NCBI GenBank assembly: GCA_963793865.1
Contig: CAWCBP010000014.1
Span: 64,001 to 128,000 of the forward strand
DNA: 64,000 nt
DNA from: an uncultured delta proteobacterium
Lineage (GTDB): Bacteria; Desulfobacterota; WTBG01
Direction of reading: 5' to 3'
The translations under genes and the position numbers were made by a program. The notes below the pieces were generated by a model. It was not told where the DNA came from, did not search any database, and saw nothing but the letters and a program-made list of their open reading frames with translations. Positions within the stretch are counted from its first letter, which is position 1. Every line of letters begins with the position of its first letter. Positions 60,385 through 64,000 of this stretch are shown here, piece by piece.

Positions 60385-60609
60385 ATGGCTAAAGAAGATC
60401 CGATTGAAGTTGAAGGCACCATTTTAGAGGCCCTGCCCAACGCCATGTTCAGGGTGGAGCTGGACAACGGGCACAAGGTGCTTGCCCACATATCGGGCAA
60501 GATGCGGATGCACTTCATCAAAATTCTCCCCGGTGACAGGGTGACGCTTCAGTTTTCGCCCTATGACCTCAACCGGGGACGGATCATACACCGCAAAAAG
60601 CAGTTCTAA
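60385..60609 (+). CDS. infA: Translation initiation factor IF-1
   Basis: LPNAMF, HISGKMR, SPYDL. Confidence 0.98.
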   Translation: MAKEDPIEVEGTILEALPNAMFRVELDNGHKVLAHISGKMRMHFIKILPGDRVTLQFSPYDLNRGRIIHRKKQF

Positions 60610-60648
60610 CCAGCGCGGACGCGCCATTCTTTTCGACAGGGTGAAACA

Positions 60649-60834
60649 GTGAAGGTACGATCGTCAGTAAAAAAAATATGCAGCAAATGCAAGATTATCA
60701 AACGCCGGGGGGTGGTCAGGGTTATCTGCGAGCGGGCCAAGCACAAGCAGAAACAGGGATGGAGGGCTCAGGAAGTGAAATGTGCGCACATAATAAATTC
60801 GAAGCATGAAATACCAGGGATGTGGACAGGGTGA
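60649..60834 (+). CDS. rpmJ: 50S ribosomal protein L36 (canonical 37 aa would end near 60762; apparent 24-aa extension)
   Basis: [14 protein letters not shown]...HKQKQG. Confidence 0.92.
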   Translation: MKVRSSVKKICSKCKIIKRRGVVRVICERAKHKQKQGWRAQEVKCAHIINSKHEIPGMWTG

Positions 60835-60945
60835 ATAATTTCAACGCACATCGCAGATTCACACATTGCATATCATTTGTGTATATTCTGACAAACGTAT
60901 TGTCACAAAAGACAGTGTAAGAATCCGAAAAGAGGAGTTAACCAG

Positions 60946-61329
60946 GTGGCACGCATTGCAGGAGTTGATCTTCCTAAAAACAAGAACATTGAAATCGCGC
61001 TGACCTATATCCACGGCATCGGGCGCTCGAGCTCGCGGAAGATTCTGCGGCAGCTGGAGATTGATCCCCAGCGTATCTCGGACAAGCTCGATGACCAGGA
61101 GGTGGCGCGTATCCGCGAGGTGATCGATAACAGCTACAAGGTTGAGGGCGACCTGAGGCGGGACGTTTCCATCAACATCAAGCGGCTGATCGATCTCGGC
61201 ACCTACCGGGGGCTCCGCCACCGGAAGGCCCTGCCGGTCCGGGGGCAGCGGTCGCACACCAATGCCCGGACGAGAAAGGGGCCCCGGCGCAAGCTGGTCG
61301 GAAAAAAGAGCGCCAAGGCAACAACCTGA
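60946..61329 (+). CDS. rpsM: 30S ribosomal protein S13
   Basis: [15 protein letters not shown]. Confidence 0.98.
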   Translation: MARIAGVDLPKNKNIEIALTYIHGIGRSSSRKILRQLEIDPQRISDKLDDQEVARIREVIDNSYKVEGDLRRDVSINIKRLIDLGTYRGLRHRKALPVRGQRSHTNARTRKGPRRKLVGKKSAKATT

Positions 61330-61347
61330 CAGTAACCACGGGAGCGC

Positions 61348-61746
61348 ATGATGGCAGAGGGCAAGAAAAAGGTTTTCAAAAAGAAACGCGAGAAAAAGAA
61401 CATCCAGGACGGCATCGCCCACATCCAGTCCACGTTTAACAACACCATCATCACCATAACCGACGTGAACGGCAATGTCATATCCTGGTCGAGCGCCGGC
61501 ATCAAGGGATTCAAGGGATCCCGGAAGAGCACCCCCTACGCGGCGCAGCAGTCGGCCGAGGACGCGGCCCGCAAGGCCATGGTGCACGGCCTCAAGAATA
61601 TCGATGTCTATGTCAAGGGGCCGGGGGCGGGGCGCGAGGCGGCTCTGCGGTCGCTCCAGGCGGTGGGACTCAACATACGAACGATACGTGACGTTACACC
61701 CATTCCCCACAACGGGTGCAGGCAGCCCAAGCGGAGAAGGGTCTAG
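61348..61746 (+). CDS. rpsK: 30S ribosomal protein S11
   Basis: [17 protein letters not shown]. Confidence 0.98.
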   Translation: MMAEGKKKVFKKKREKKNIQDGIAHIQSTFNNTIITITDVNGNVISWSSAGIKGFKGSRKSTPYAAQQSAEDAARKAMVHGLKNIDVYVKGPGAGREAALRSLQAVGLNIRTIRDVTPIPHNGCRQPKRRRV

Positions 61747-61759
61747 CGGGGAGGAAGCA

Positions 61760-62392
61760 GTGGCAAGGTACCGAGGTGCAGTGTGCAGATTATGTCGCAG
61801 AGAGGGCATGAAGCTCTTTCTCAAGGGAGACCGGTGCTACACAGACAGGTGTGCCATCGACCGGAGGAATTACGCCCCCGGTCAGCACGGCCGCGCGCGC
61901 AGCAAATTTTCCGACTACGGCAACCAGCTGCGCGAAAAGCAGCGGGTCAAGCGCATCTACGGGGTTCTGGAAAAGCAGTGCCGGCGCTATTTTGAAAAGG
62001 CGTCGCGGCAGCGCGGAGCTACCGGGGAGAACTTTCTCATGCTGCTGGAGCGAAGGCTGGATAACGTGGTCTACCGGCTGGGCTTTGTCACCTCGCGCAA
62101 CGAGGCGAGGCAGCTCATACGCCACCGGCATTTCCGGGTGAACGGCAAAGTGGTGGACATCCCCTCCTACATCCTCAATCCTTCCGATACCATTGAGCCG
62201 AAGGACAAGAGCAAAAGCATGGCCCGCATTGTGGAGTCGCTCGAGGCCGTTGAGCGGCGCGGCGTACCGCGCTGGCTTGAGCTGGACAAGCAGCAGCTTA
62301 AGGGCAGGCTCTCGGAACTTCCCGCCAGAGAAGAGATTACCATCCCCATTCAAGAGCAGCTGATTGTTGAGCTCTTAAGCAGACAGCTGTAA
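61760..62392 (+). CDS. rpsD: 30S ribosomal protein S4 (Zn-binding)
   Basis: [20 protein letters not shown] start. Confidence 0.98.
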   Translation: MARYRGAVCRLCRREGMKLFLKGDRCYTDRCAIDRRNYAPGQHGRARSKFSDYGNQLREKQRVKRIYGVLEKQCRRYFEKASRQRGATGENFLMLLERRLDNVVYRLGFVTSRNEARQLIRHRHFRVNGKVVDIPSYILNPSDTIEPKDKSKSMARIVESLEAVERRGVPRWLELDKQQLKGRLSELPAREEITIPIQEQLIVELLSRQL

Positions 62393-62424
62393 CGAATATA
62401 ACCTGATAGCAAGAGGCTTGCAAA

Positions 62425-63447
62425 ATGCATAGGAATTGGCAGAGCTTAATAAAGCCCAAACGGCTGGTATCGCAGGAAGAAACGCTGAACGAATTCTACG
62501 GCAAGTTTGTCGCGGAACCGCTCGAGCGCGGGTTCGGGGCCACCATCGGCAACACCCTGCGCAGGATTCTGCTTTCTTCCATCCAGGGGGCTGCCATTAC
62601 CTCGGTGCGCATCAAGGGGGTCTTGCATGAGTTTTCCACCGTCCCCGGCGTCAGGGAGGATGTCACGGACATCATTCTGAATTTGAAAGAGGTGCGGCTC
62701 AAGCTCTTTTCCGAGGCCTCCGAGACCATCAGGATAAAGTCCAGGGAAAGCGGGCCCCTGAAGGCGGGCGATATCATCGCCAGCAACAACGTGGCCATTT
62801 TAAATCCGGATCATCACATTGCCACCCTGACCAAGGACTCCGAGCTGGACATGGAAATGGTGGTCAGGCACGGCAAGGGATACATACCCGCGGAGAGAAA
62901 CAAGGATGATCTGCAGCCGGTGGGTACCATTCCCATTGATGCAATTTTTTCTCCCATCAGGAGGGTAAATTACACGGTGACCCACGCCCGCGTCGGCCAG
63001 GTGACCGATTATGACAGCCTTACCATGGAAGTGTGGACGGACGGGAGCGTCAGGCCGGATGATGCCGTCGCTTACGCGGCGCGCATACTCCAGGACCAGC
63101 TCACCATATTCATCAATTTTGAAGAAGAGCCCATCGTCATGGGGCCGGAGCAGGTTGAGGAGAAGCCCCGCTTTAACGAAAACCTTTACCGGAGCATTGA
63201 GGAGCTGGAGCTTTCGGTGCGCTCCTCCAACTGCCTGAAGAACGCCAGCATCAAGTATATCTGGGAGCTGGTGCAGAAGACGGAAGCGGAAATGCTCAAG
63301 ACCAAGAACTTCGGCAGGAAGTCGCTCAATGAAATAAAGGAAATCCTGACTGATATGGGTCTCTCCCTCGGAATGAAGCTGGAGCAGTTTCCTCCGCTTC
63401 AGGACAAGGAGCGCGAGGAAGAGAAAAAGAAGACCAAAAAGAAATAG
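62425..63447 (+). CDS. rpoA: RNA polymerase alpha subunit
   Basis: [17 protein letters not shown]. Confidence 0.99.
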   Translation: MHRNWQSLIKPKRLVSQEETLNEFYGKFVAEPLERGFGATIGNTLRRILLSSIQGAAITSVRIKGVLHEFSTVPGVREDVTDIILNLKEVRLKLFSEASETIRIKSRESGPLKAGDIIASNNVAILNPDHHIATLTKDSELDMEMVVRHGKGYIPAERNKDDLQPVGTIPIDAIFSPIRRVNYTVTHARVGQVTDYDSLTMEVWTDGSVRPDDAVAYAARILQDQLTIFINFEEEPIVMGPEQVEEKPRFNENLYRSIEELELSVRSSNCLKNASIKYIWELVQKTEAEMLKTKNFGRKSLNEIKEILTDMGLSLGMKLEQFPPLQDKEREEEKKKTKKK

Positions 63448-63471
63448 CCATCAGAAAGAGGTCCAACCGCA

Positions 63472-63915
63472 ATGATGCACGCAAAGGCAGGAAGGAAGCT
63501 CAAAAGAACCGAAAGTCACCGCAAGGCACTTTTGAGGAACATGGTCACTTCCCTCCTGGAACATGAAAAAATTGAGACCACTGACGCCAAGGCAAAGGAG
63601 CTGCGCAAGGTTGCCGACCGGATGATCACCTGGGGCAAGCGCGGCGACCTCCACGCGCGGCGCCTGTCACGCAGGGTCATCATGACCGACAAGGTTGTCC
63701 ATAAATTATTTTCTGATCTGGCCCCCCGGTTCAAGGACAGGCAGGGCGGCTATACCAGAATTATAAAGGTAGGGAGAAGAAAGGGGGATAACGCCCCGGT
63801 GTCGATTATTGAGCTTACCGCGGAACGCGAAGTGAAGGCAGCGGTTAAGGGTAAAAAAGCGGCGAAGAAAAAGGGGGCACAGACAAAGCCTCCTGAAAAG
63901 AGCGAAAAGAAATAG
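63472..63915 (+). CDS. rplQ: 50S ribosomal protein L17
   Basis: [14 protein letters not shown]. Confidence 0.98.
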   Translation: MMHAKAGRKLKRTESHRKALLRNMVTSLLEHEKIETTDAKAKELRKVADRMITWGKRGDLHARRLSRRVIMTDKVVHKLFSDLAPRFKDRQGGYTRIIKVGRRKGDNAPVSIIELTAEREVKAAVKGKKAAKKKGAQTKPPEKSEKK

Positions 63916-64000
63916 ACAGGGCCCTCCCGGCTCGTTTGGGGGCGGGTACCGTTCTTTGTTACCTGTTCGTTTTTCCATGGGCAGCGGCGATGCGATACGC

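Overview
Chromosomal window from a probable Desulfobacterota/deltaproteobacterial anaerobe; the lineage is inferred from gene order, Zn-binding S14/L33/S4 and a multiheme cytochrome. Bases ~30.7-64 kb are the conserved tRNA-tuf-rpmG-secE-nusG-rplKAJL-rpoBC-str-S10-spc-alpha cluster. Bases 1-30.6 kb are accessory and housekeeping genes. The leading candidate system is a sigma54-promoter-driven ketosynthase pair (one catalytic, one lacking the catalytic Cys), transcribed divergently from a periplasmic binding protein / HAMP histidine kinase / NtrC-type activator / TonB-dependent receptor operon. Also present are two S8 peptidases, a 9-heme secreted cytochrome with a dockerin-like tail, a DUF169-DUF169-ferredoxin operon, two PNPOx-like plus ATC-hydrolase-like gene sets, modABC-like genes and eight tRNAs. 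Several small non-autonomous repeat families occur, including one that repeatedly starts right after TAG stop codons. Four clear +1 frameshifts at homopolymers (KS-like gene, TonB receptor, rpoB twice) and a probable fifth in rpmJ most likely reflect sequencing error. All calls were made by eye from motifs; no database searches were run.
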